A stretch of DNA of 64,000 bases, taken from the NCBI GenBank assembly GCA_043228905.1, contig JBHGNT010000011.1, forward strand, positions 19,406,001 through 19,470,000. The letters run 5' to 3'. The DNA comes from Azolla caroliniana (taxonomy: Eukaryota > Plantae > Polypodiophyta). Below are positions 28,086 to 40,635 of this stretch, piece by piece (within the stretch, counting starts at the first letter, position 1; every line of letters begins with the position of its first letter). Position numbers and translations under genes: made by a program. Under the pieces are notes generated by a model that was not told where the DNA came from, did no database searches, and saw only the letters and a program-made list of their open reading frames with translations.

Positions 28086-31000
28086 TCAAGAGGATGCTGA
28101 TAGAAGGGCACCGCGACGCTCTGATTAATAAAAAACAATCCAAGGCTTTAATAATACGAACCCAAAAGTTTCTCCACCTCGAGTTTTCATTGATTAATAA
28201 GTAAAAGAAGCCAAAAGATTTACCTCCAGCAGCAATCAGTTTCTCAACACGAGCCACAATATGCTTCCCATATGTATACTTTTTCAATGCATGTAAATGG
28301 ACTCGTATTCTAGAGAGTAGCATTTCACGTTGGTCATCATCGCAAGTTTCCAGAACTTTCTGGACAACATAGTTTGCGTATTGATCTTTCATCATAGCCT
28401 GAAAGTGCATTTATATAAATGAGTATATTTTTGAGCTGTCTAATAAATCTAGAAAGTAAATAATAGCTATCACGACTTTGTATCAGTGAATATAGACTAG
28501 TAATATTCATATGATAATATATTGCTGATAAAACATCGCCAACAGGCTGTGTATAGTTCTATTAATGCCAAATAATAGAAAACCTCATGATATCAAAAGC
28601 CATCCAATTAAACCTGCAAAGGTTCATTCTCATCAGTCAGACCAAGCATCTCTGTGATTAGAATCTGACGCTCTTCTGGACCTCCAAATTCGAGGCATTT
28701 CTCGACAACATTCGAAGCAAATTTGTGCTGGCTCATTTTCACAATTTGTCCAGCCATCTTTGTTAATATATCACTTCGTTCATCTGGTTTACCATGCTCT
28801 AGGATGTGCTATCAAAATGGAAAACAAAATAAAAAAGTGTTTTCATCATACCATATATATAGACTGACCAACACACACCCAGAAAAGTGTTCTTGGCATT
28901 CAAGGGCCATTCTATAGTCATACCTGTATAACATAATTACCATACTGATCCTGAGCTAAAGTGCAGACATTGCGCAATATCTCTACCATTATGCCATCCT
29001 GTTTCTGATCATCTGTGCAATGCTCCAAAACACGCTGCCAGAATCACAACATCACAAATCTTTACATGAAAATAATTTTCTTTTTTAACCTAGCACAATC
29101 GCGGTAGAAACGCATGCAAGGTCAAGACATATTTTAACCTGGATAACTCGGCACCCGTATGGATGGGTAGATAGCACAACAACTTGGCCATGAAACGATG
29201 ACAAAATGAAACCGATGTGATCAGGAGGTACACATTCTATACATTTCTGAATTACATGGTTTCCATTCTGGTCTCGCACACATTTCATCACATGTCCATC
29301 CAGCTCCTTTATCAACTTAATCTGTTGATGCACATCTATGACTTCCAATGCCTACAATGTAGACACGCCTATTAGTAGTCAATCATTTCTGTAAGTATCC
29401 AAGAGATCAAAATGAAATTATTGATGAAATTAATGTAATTAAAAACCTTCTGTATAACCCGGCAACCATACATCTGCAGGCTTAAGTTAAGGACATGGCC
29501 CACAAGCTGCTCTGCAAGTTCTGATCTTTGTTCAGTACTTCCATGCTCAAAGAACTGCAAATAAAAAACAAATGCCAGAATGAGAATCTAGTAACATCTA
29601 TATCAATAGACATTATTAGTATTTAAGTTTGCCTCTTTGTTTCTCATAAACATGTTGAAATTCAGTTTTTGATTAGCTTTGAGTGCTCCTAAATTACTCA
29701 AGTTCCATATATAGATAAGGGCTAAATTTTCTAGTTTTGTTCCATGCCTCTAAAGCTTCACATACATGCCTTCAATCTGCTACTTTACCAAAACTTTTAT
29801 GTCTTGACCCTTTTCATCATGCTTCTCAAATTTTTGATGTGTGAATGACAGTTAAGCTCTAATAAATAAAATTATTCTCTTCTGCCAATCAATGAGCATT
29901 CAAAATCTCCAGGAATCATGAGCAGACACATTTACTCTATCCTGGGTTACACTTTTTATTTCAATATAGTCACCCAGTTTAGTTGCTGCATTCCAAAACA
30001 TTTATTGAGCCAAATCCAAAGAAAATAAAACAAAGATCAATCAATTGCATCCCTAAACAAACATGCACCATTAGTCTCTTTGAGTTCTCATTTATCAGGG
30101 CTTAAACTTCTTCTTCATCCTTCTTCCAATCTAATGACCCAATTCAGCTTATCCCATTTAAGAACACTCTTCAAGTCAAATCCAAACAAGAAGTTAGCAA
30201 GAACCAATCAGTTGATTCGCTTAACAAACATATACCATTAGCCTCTTTAAGTTATACATTGCAAGATTATTATGATGAATGTTGTACATGGCAAGATGAT
30301 TACATGTTGTATTAACATCCTTCTCCCTTTTTTATATGGAGATTTGGCCTTAGTGAGAGAGGTAAGTATTCGAGCAATTGAGCCAAGTTTGAGCCTAGTT
30401 CAAGCAATTGAGCAATTGAGCAAAGAGAGAGAGAGAGAAATGCAGAAAATAGATGTTAGATCATCCAATGAACAAAAGTAGATGCACGTGACTTCAACTC
30501 CAAAACTATTGAAGCTCATCAAATGAATTATGCGGGTTGACAGCATTCTAGATAATACAGCAAAGACTTTCAAATATATTTGCAATGTGGCTTATGCTGA
30601 TAATTATTTAATTGCATTTCAAACAACAAAGATGAAGAACAATGTCAATGTACCTTTTGAATGACATAATTTCCAAAAACATCTGTCATGAGTGCAAGGG
30701 CATGGGGTAGGACTTCTTGGAATACAGAGGCCTTCTCCTCCATGGAGACTGTTTCCAATTTCTGCTGAATGAATCTGCTTCCATGCTGATCCCCACTGAG
30801 CAATAAACATTCAGAACAATTAATGTCTCCAATACTTGAACCTAAATTTATGTCACCAATACGATGCTCTTGTACCTGAATTCTAACACATGACCTACTA
30901 TATCTGCAAGTTCAAATCGCCTTGTTTTGTTGTTCTTCAGTTCCTCCAACAAAGAAGATCCTTTTGGCTCCTCCCCGACATCACTCGTTTTCGGACTCTG

Positions 31001-33168
31001 CCAACCTGTATTATATGCACCTACGGCAGTGCTCCTTCCAGAAGAAGAAAAGCGTGCATTGTGATCTCCATGTCTCAATGAGAAGGCACCAGGAATTAAA
31101 GGAGACCCAGGAAGCCCAGGGCTTGAAATTGGAGAGCTTCCATATGGTATCACAAAACCAACACCTGGAGGACTGCCATAGTATGCAGGACTGAGAGAAT
31201 TATTCTTATTGCCTATTGGCATACCATATGAGCCAGTCCGAGAGTATTGACTTTTTTGGTCTATTGGGTACCCAAACATATGGTTTTTCTGCATCTCTAA
31301 GGCATCCATGTGGTACCCACCAAGCATAGATGGGTCGTTTAGACTTGCAGCATTTCGAGCATCCTCCATAGCATATTGCTGCAAATAATGATAATACAAT
31401 GGGTCTTGTAAGTGAGATTGTGCTGACACTCCACTCTGAGCTGTGTATTTGTACATATCAGAATTGATTGATCCTGATAAAGGTGGCCTTGAACCAATGC
31501 CAGCAGCAACTGTGGCTGCTGCTGCCGCGGCTGCATTATCATATGCCATTGAAGAAGGATAATTAGCTAGCATAGCAGGCATCAACGCATGATTAATTCC
31601 ATATCCCCCCATTCCATAGGAAGGAGCATATGCTTGCAAGCTCTGGTAATATGGATTGGCAGCCATATAGGACATTGCAGCTGCAGCTGCGGCTGCAGCA
31701 TATATATTATTTGAGTTCCCACCCGGTAGATTAGTATTTTGTGGTAAATGTGAGTTTGATGCCCCGTACTTTCCTTGTGTTGCCCTTGTGCTAGATTCCA
31801 ACCTTTGCTGCTGAAGAGCTTGAGCACCCTGTAATTGAGTCTGCATTTGAGGGCGATTATGAGAGTTTGGAATTCGTAAAGAAGGATGTCGATCTCCAAT
31901 CTCTGGTTGTTGTGAATGTAAGTCCTTGTCAGATGAAAGACTTAAGCTTTGCAAAGAAGCTGACAAATCAGATGATCCAGCTAGTACTGAAATATCAGGT
32001 TCTGAAGTAGGTCTCCTGACAATAGGCCCTGAAGAGGTTCCTACCATGTGAACCAGAGATGGGTTAGGAGTTGAAGAGCGAGAACCCACTGCAGGATTTG
32101 GTTTTGTTGGTCGAGAACCAGTAGGAGAAGCCGTGTGAGAACGTAATAGAATGGCACTAAGCTCAGACATGGCCGAAGCAGAAATCGACGATGATGAAGA
32201 TGATGATTCCCGAATATGAGCTCTCTGCACTTCCAATGCAGAAGCTCCATCGGAACCCTCTTCATTCACCGCTGCCCTACTTGATGACCTCAACTGGCTG
32301 AAAACAGGGGACGGTGTTCTCGGAAAATCTTCCTGAACATCAGAAGTCCAAATGCCAAATGTCAGCATAGAATAACACCCCATAAAAATGTTAGCAACAA
32401 CAGTCAAATTTCAATTACAGCTAGCTGCTGAATTTTTCGGTTATCCAGATACATCCTACCAAATTTTTGGATAACGTTACGTGATAAACCAAATACAGGT
32501 ACCTGGATAAGGTCTACCAAACTTTTTGGCTTATTCCCATAAGTTGCAGCATCGGCCATATGCTCGTTCCACACATGTTTCCTCAAACCACCTACAGGAG
32601 ATTTCTCATCCTCTGAGAATTCTGGCTCTTCATCGTGTGTTGGAAGCATAGGCTGTGATGAGAACAAGGACCTATTATTACTATCATCCAAGGACATTAG
32701 TTTTCTCTTGTCTCCAAGGCCACCAGCTGCAAGCCTCTGAGCAAGGAGATAATTTTCTCGTGTAACTAGTGGTGGAGGCAACCTTGGGTTTAGGTTAACA
32801 TGAGAATAATAGTAGGCCAAGTAAGCTGGATCTGACCGCAAATCTTGTTCAGAATCGATAATCGAACTGTTATCTCCCAATCCTTGACCCGAAAACTGGT
32901 GGTTTAGCATACCTCCCATAGAAGCAAGGGAGCCTTCAACACTAGGAGGAGCGCTTCCACTCCGATGAATTAAAGCATCTCTCTTGTTGAGAATAGTATC
33001 AAGCCTTGAATGGCTTCTTAACAGCATGCCAAGCTCTTGTGCCACGCTCTCATGATTCGCAGAAGAATTTATGCCTCCTCCTCCTGAGGATCTAACGGTC
33101 TCACTCATCCCTAAGCTTCCCCTTATTCCATTTGTTGAAATTATTGTCACTGGATCTTCTGTTGCCAT
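28086..33168 (-). CDS. PUM: Pumilio/PUF RNA-binding protein (APUM1-6 class). Exons 33168-32503, 32332-30876, 30795-30654, 29554-29447, 29351-29139, 29034-28924, 28808-28614, 28398-28224, 28120-28086
   Basis: N-terminal [26 protein letters not shown] and [10 protein letters not shown]. Puf repeats [55 protein letters not shown] and [10 protein letters not shown]. Ends with [14 protein letters not shown]. Confidence 0.97.
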
Positions 33169-34001
33169 TTTCCCAAATCCAAACAGACAGCTTCAATAGA
33201 AGAAATTGGAATATAGGCTAAGCCCGTTTTTATCCAGTGCTTTCCTGTTACATTCCTTGTATTGATTCCTTCAATCATTGAGCACCCATGTAATCAATAT
33301 TTGAAGAGGAGAACCCACATTCATAGTAAATTTCACTAAAAATATTCTAATTTTGAATCCAAATACCTCCACATTTTTTAGGTTCTTTACAATAAACAGC
33401 TTCAAACACTGAGATAACTAAGGTGAACATAAGAGTATTACCTGGGGGTAAATCGTATGTCTTTCAAAAACTGCAGGTAACGGAGATCGCCAAAATATAA
33501 AGAATGTGATGAATAAGTTAGTTCGGTTGATGACAAGCTCCCATGAACGTTTATCTTGACCGCTACACAATTTAAAGAGAAAAGTTCTGCGGTAACTAAA
33601 CAACAAAGCAAAAACGAAACAAAAAAAACTCTGGACTTGACCTCAAATGGGTCGATTGTATTGTATTGAACAGCAGAAGAAGAGCAGTAGTATTACCTGT
33701 TTTTCCAATCGTATTACAGTTGGAAATCAGAGGATTCTTTACTCCTCAAAACAATGATTTCTTTCTAGTTAGAAAGGGGAATGGTTTAATGAGTTTCCAA
33801 GAAAACCTTTTAAGTATCGATCTGCTGAGGTGTCTGCAAATATCATCTGCCTATACAGAGAAAAAAATATCTTTCTGAATTAGAGGTAAAAATTATATGA
33901 AAGCAAATAAAATAAAGGCAAAAGCGACAGAGAGAGGAAACTATAAAAAGAGGAGAGGGGGAGGGACAGAGACAAAGAAGTGTTAAGAAACAGAACACGG
34001 A

Positions 34002-34018
34002 GAGAGAGAGAGAGTGTG

Positions 34019-34050
<32 letters not shown>

Positions 34051-34095
34051 TGCGTCCGTGTGTGCGTGTGTGAGAGACAGACAGACAGACAGACA
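34002..34095. repeat. Compound microsatellite (GA/GT/GCGT/GACA) in the Pumilio leader intron
   Basis: Directly visible runs. Confidence 0.9.
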
Positions 34096-34966
34096 GTGAC
34101 TGAGTGAAAGACAAGAAAGAGCTCAAATTTAAGAGAATAGATATAAACGTCGAAGAAGAGAGAAGAAAGAAGACAGAAATAGACCTCACGGGGCGATGGT
34201 GGGTGATGTCTCGAGTGTGCAGAGAGGGAGCAGCAGAGCAAACCCTAAAAGAACAGGGAAGAGAGTAGAAATCGGTCAAATAGAATCTCGATGCATCAGA
34301 AGAGAAGACGGAGAAGAACAGAGGAGGAGGAGGAAGAAGAAGAGTTTTGCGGGGGTAGGGGGTTCAAATCTCGTTGGCCCCAAAATCACTTTCGGCCGTC
34401 CGATGGTCTCTCGGATCGGACGGCTCCAATTCCATATATAAAATAATACTCCCTCGGTCCCTACATTATAATTTATACCATATGAATTTATTCTGTTCTT
34501 TTTGTTTTTCCTCTGCAAGCAACTCCTTCCCAACCCTAACTAAGCTTTTTACTCCCTTCCAAACCCTAAGCAAGCTTTTTACTCCCTTCAAGCACATACA
34601 AAACTCATTCATTCTCTGAGACCATCCCGCGCACCCCTCCCTTTAGCCCTCTCCTTGCTTGATCGGCATCACCAGCACGACCCCGCAGTACGAGACCTAT
34701 AGTTTATATGATCTTGAAGAGTGCGTGCATGCTCAAGTGTTGACAACCACCGTCCTTGTGCAAAATCAAACATAAATATCTCTTTCCCTCTCTCTCGATA
34801 TCATTTTCCTCTTCCTCTCTCCAGGCACTTGGTTCGTGCACGTATCCATTGCTTTCTATTGACCATGCAATATCATTTGTCATAGGTTTTGGTGATGTTT
34901 ATCACCAACAATAGTTATCAACCACCTAAAGGGGTGGCATACACGTGAGGGGTAGGGCACACAAGG

Positions 34967-34974
<8 letters not shown>

Positions 34975-35010
<36 letters not shown>

Positions 35011-35046
35011 ACGCGTGAGAGTGAGAGAGAGAGAGAGAGAGAGAGA
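34975..35046. repeat. (GT)n-(GA)n compound microsatellite
   Basis: Directly visible runs. Confidence 0.9.
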
Positions 35047-35945
35047 TCATCCCATTGTATCGCACCATACTAATCACACAAAAGAGCTCACAAACATCAT
35101 CCCAACACTCGATAGGCACATTCCACCATCGGAAAAGGGGGCTCATGATCACATTGCACAAAGTGCTTATTTACTTCTATCATGCCCCAATTAAATTTTT
35201 AAATGTTGAATCTCCCTAAACAGAGTCTCTTCCGATTACAAGTTCCTCATTACTAAAATTTAATATCATTTATATCCATGTACAAATGTACAAGAGTGAC
35301 CTTGGTTGGAAAATGTAAGCCTCTGTTAGATAGACAACGTGCATTACAATCATGGCTTGATATTCAATTATTGGTACATGGGTTGCATTCAAAAGTTAGT
35401 GGAACATTCTATTATTCTAATGGTATATTATTGTGTAGATTTCGATTCTAAAAACTTCAATAGAATGGGCATACCTCTTTACGTTATCCCTCTCTATTAT
35501 GCGTAATTGTCTAAATGATTGGTAAGTTTTCATAGTATTCACGAAAATACAATCTAATATTTGGCCAACATATGACTAGTTCCATTGCCCAACATGAATG
35601 GGAATATTGTCAAACATAATAATAATGGCAAAGGTAGGAACTTATTGTCCATACCCAATTGCTTGACTCTTATTACATCATTTTTCCAAATTCCATTAGT
35701 GGGGGGTACTTTGATGGATTGGCTCGTAGATCTTCTCTATGTAAGCTCTTGCACTAAGTCCTAATTTTCCATAGTATTAACAATGGGCTTTAGCATGAAT
35801 AGAGTTTTTCAACTTCACTTGGGGCTTTCATTACATTCGATCAATATTCTACCTTTTATTGATTTTTTGTGTTTGACTATATTTAGTGTTCTCTTCATTG
35901 GCATTGGCACGAGCCTAAGGGGACAATACATCACGTAATCATGTA

Positions 35946-36095
35946 GGAAATAACACTTACCTTTTATGTAAGAGGATTGGTTTTTAGGACAAGCGTGAGA
36001 AAGACCTTAGGGCATTGTGAGGAAATAACACTTACCTTTTATGTAAGAGGATTGGTTTTTAGGACAAGTGTAAGAAAGACCTTAGGGCATTGTGA
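35946..36095. repeat. 75-bp tandem duplication
   Basis: GGAAATAACACTTACC...GGGCATTGTGA at 35946 and 36021. Confidence 0.92.
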
Positions 36096-36124
36096 AATAT
36101 TGTATGTCACTTTTGCGCCCCCCT

Positions 36125-37845
36125 CTTTTTTTTCCAAAAAAAAACTACTTCCATTAGTTAAGGCAATGTACATAGGATAATTTACAACTCATATCTTACA
36201 AGCCATCTTGCATGTCAAAAGAAAATAATATCTGTAGAGGAAACAACAAAAACAACTCCAAAACACCACATCATTTGATGCACATAGCATTACCCGAACG
36301 CATACTCTCCATGTGAGCCTCATACAACCCGAATTCAGCATAGACATCCTCCATTCACTTATCATGGCAGCACCCATCTAGATGTTAGGTACACTCAAAG
36401 GGAACAACCACCGCAGTGGTTGATAATTCCACTTCGCTTTACCATCCACCATACGTAGCATCGACGAACCGCTCCATTCCAGAAGGACCCGAGCTCTAGC
36501 TTCTTCACTTGCGTCAGAGGACCCTTGAAGACTTTCAAACTCTCCTCATAACGTAGAAATAAGATTAAACCAGATCATCATTAAATTCTCGGCCGGTGGG
36601 GTTCGCTTACTTGCGAAAGTCTCCTTGCACCTAGATACCCACACTTGCCAAACCGTAAGGCCGACCACTAATAACCATATGTCCACATAGCGTTCATGTA
36701 AGAAGAATGAACCTCCTTGCGTTGGTTGTACGGTTCCTTGCATCACCTTTAAAGAAGGACTATTTCCATTCCACCCTTGAAACCACGAAGCCGATTTAGT
36801 GTCCAACCAAGTGACTATTGCGCTCGATACATGAACCTCAACCCCGAACCGAGCCAAGATTCTTAAGCTCCTCAGCCAAAATTCTTGGGCTCGTGGGCAA
36901 CACCACAAACAATGTGCGATGTCCTCCAAGCTTCGCACTGCAGGCCTTGCAACTACTCATGCCACATCTATTCCCAAGCCACTCTCCCGTTGGAACAACC
37001 CGATGGGTGATTAACCAGAAAAACACTTTGACCCGTTCGAGAAGGGATGAGTTCCATATCCTGCTCCTGGTTCTATCCACGAAGATTGAATCGACAGCTA
37101 CATGGGCCCACTTGTTGGCACACTTCTCACAATACCAACCTAACTTTCTCCCCAAGCCCGTCGAGTATTCGAAGAAACCTAATGAATTATCTTGTTCTCC
37201 CTTCCATGTATATTCAACGGGATCCCATTCTAAGCACTTGAGAGGCTTGCCTTCAACCATGTACAAGATCCAATCCTCCTCAACCTTTTCGACCGGTGGA
37301 TTCACCTTCCATTTCTTTCCGTCTCTTGCCTTCAACCATGCACAAGATCCAATCCTCCTCAACCTTTTCGACCGGTGGATTCACCTTCCATTTCTTTCCG
37401 TCTCTTGCCACAATTCTAATCGGGTACCAACATGCACTTTCATCTATTGATCCCAACTGGACGATCTTCCCATTCTTTCCTAGACCCCTGACATTGATAA
37501 TTTTTCCGGAATCATCGCATTGTCCGGACCATTCACGCTCTTCCTCATTACCAATAGGGAGCGAGTAGACAATTGTATTGACTAGGTCAAGCATCTTTCT
37601 AGCATTTCTGACCTTTCCCACGTCTTCATATAATTTATCACGATTACTGTCGGACAACCGCATCCAATCTGCCACTGAGTGAATCCCTAGACAATACAAT
37701 ATAGTCCATGGCATACGCTTGCTCTATCCAAGCATCTTTCCCTCTGGCGATTGTACAATATCGTTCCACAATAGGGGTTGGCGCATCCATTCAACACTAG
37801 CACTTGGACGATTCCGACTTAGATGCCCACGAAGCATACTCCACG
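36125..37845 (-). mobile_element. 5'-truncated LINE (ORF2 3' end with zf-RVT), frameshifted
   Basis: RIWNSSLLERVKVFFWLITHRVVPTGEWL..CKAC..EDIAHCLWCCPRAQEFW and WQVWVSRC are typical of the LINE ORF2 C-terminus. A-rich tail near 36126. Internal 79-bp duplication. Confidence 0.85.
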
Positions 37846-40635
37846 CCTCCTCTTGATATTCTATACTTAAGCTTACGCTCTTTCTAAAGCAACTGAGCTT
37901 AATATTTCACCCCTACTTAACTATATTTATTTCTCGTTCTTTCTCAAGACTTATTGACCGTTGATTAAACCATGGAATGTTTATCAAGTTTTATTGTTGA
38001 TTGACTGTTTTTTTGCATGCAACTCTTGAGAGGATTCGCTCAAGACCGACAATATTTTCTAAAAATTGTGAGAAGATTGACAACCTCCTTCACCAATTTT
38101 GCTAAAAATTGGGGGGGAAATATATGGCTTCCAAAGGTAGACCCAATAAAGAAAACTCCCATTGTGTAAAACCCTAGGTTAGAGAACATCTTTTGGTACT
38201 TAACTATCTTTTGGGCATTGTTGTTGATGACTTATAATACTATGGAGGTAATGATGCATGCAAGTACACAAATGAAGGATAGCAAAAAAGCATTCCAAAA
38301 TACAAAGCAAACCTTAAACGGAAGAGTTTAGGTCCCTTGCTTACTTAAATGCCTATCCAATTCTCGTAAATTTTATTTATTTATTTTTGAATCCTTAATC
38401 ACGTGGCCTTGCTTTAATTTTATGAACCCTCGGGCTCCTACCCTATAAGAATTTAAGATATCCCCTTCTAAAGCATGTGAGGAAACAACACCTCGAAAAA
38501 AGTGCCTATAATTGGTCTAATCACAACAATCAAAGTAACAACCACTCTATACCTAAAATAACATCATATGTATATGTTTTCAATCCCACTCGGTTGAGAT
38601 TGCAAACATGTTGCAAGCTCTTCATGCTTCTAAACAACACTCAATTTGTCATCCTCCTTAGTTTGAGATCTAAATCAAACATGCTCTTGGCCCTGCGTGC
38701 TCTAGACTAAAATGTTTTCCTAGTAGAAAGTAACTAAAGTAATCAAGCTCCTTCTACTTAAGGAACAGAACCATGCTAGAAATCAAACCACTTGTCAACA
38801 CTTAAGTCACTTCAGCGGCTAGAGCCTCCTGACAAGGAAAATGAACTAACCATGAACTCCACTAAAATATTTCAAGCCTGCACACCTACCTAACACATGT
38901 CGTCAAACCTGTGGTTAGCAAAGAGGTTTTGTGCCAACTATAGAAAGAACATATGGAGATATCGAGCTAAAAGAATGATTGGTGTGCTATTGCTAATGAT
39001 GTTGAGCAATCAACATTTTAGATCATGGAAATCAACAACTTAGCTAAAGCATGAAAGTGGCCAACACAACAGTCTACATGACCAACCAATCCTCAAGGGA
39101 CCTCGATTTCTCTACTTGACTCTCAAGTAATCACTTAATTTCATTATCTATTATGCTTCTTTTTCATGTAGAGTTGAACCACTTGACAAGCAAAACCCCA
39201 AAATATCATCACCGGTTATGGAAGCACTAACCATAGTCGATGTTGCAAATACCTTAACATGCATCATCATGACTCTCCAAGGTACAATCATGTTTATTCC
39301 CTTCTATGAGGGTTGCATTCCTAGTGTATAATTTTGTGGGGCATTTGGTTTGTTCAAGAGTATCTTCCTACTCTAGCCGCTCATTTAATCTCCTCATTGT
39401 TTCTCTTAATTAATTCATTTGTGATTGGTCAATCTTGATTTATAAATATGTCGTCACTCCTCATGCTTTTCTTGTGATGACAAATCTATTGATAATACAC
39501 ACTAATTCAAATGGATCAATATTAAAACTCTACTTTAAATAACATTGATTACTGCATTTGCTAAATGAGGGATTAGGGTGCACAAAATGTATTTATAAGG
39601 GGTTATAAGAACATAACGCAATAACTAGGAATTATAATGCGATTGAAGCTTTGGGATGTTGAACATTGCCACCTTAAACCAACTCCATGTTGCAAATCAA
39701 TAAACAAGGTTCGCTTTTATTTATTGTACAACGATTGTTGTTGTCACTAGTAGAGGCACATTTCTATTTATTGTAAACTATATTTTCTTGGTTTGTTCCA
39801 TAGCTGCTAAATTATGCTTTGCTGCCAACTTGAAGAAGGTTTGAATAGACATAAAAGCATCAATAAAGTCTATTGGCAAGTATAAAGTACAAGCACTTTC
39901 CACCTAGCAAAAAATAGGACTAAGCAATCATGATTTCAACACTAGTGTCAATTGTCCACGGAAATTGTACCAATAATCCATCAAATTCACATAAATGAAA
40001 GAAATATAATGCAACTACAGCTTTGGAATGCCGAACTCACCTCGCTATTGAGAAGTTATGCTTTTACTTTCCAAATCATTTTCACACTCTCGGTCAAACT
40101 ATCAATCTTATAAAGTTCAATTAATTCATGAAAACCAATGTCAAGCACAATGCCAATCTCATTGTAATTACCCTAAAAAGAAAAGTGGGTATTTCTTCTT
40201 GTAGTTTTGGGTAGTTCAACGTAGCTTTGGGTAGTCACTCATAGTGAAGGTTCAAATGTTTTCACAACTAATCACTCATCCATACAATAAAAAACAACAT
40301 GCAAGAACGCCCAACAAAAGGGCAACTACTTTTATTGGGTGATTGATATAATGTGTTCATTAGGATTGATTGATGTCCATCGAAGAGAGAGCATTTGTGG
40401 GGTTAATGGAAGAAGAATGCTTGCTACAAGGGCAAAAGACAAAAATATTTTTGCCTCATAGAGGGTATTCCTTTTTTACTCTTTCCTTTTAGGAACCTCT
40501 GCAAAGACTTTACTTCCCGTCTTCCTTCTATTACTACAACTAAACTGCTTCTATTATTGCTTTCCTTTTTGTTCTTTTATGTTCTTGAACAGATGAACTG
40601 AATTATACCCGGTTCTAATCTACACAAAAAGAATT

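Noticed and set aside
34447-34461. TACTCCCTCGGTCCC resembling a Stowaway/mariner terminus
   Set aside because: No matching opposite TIR found by eye.
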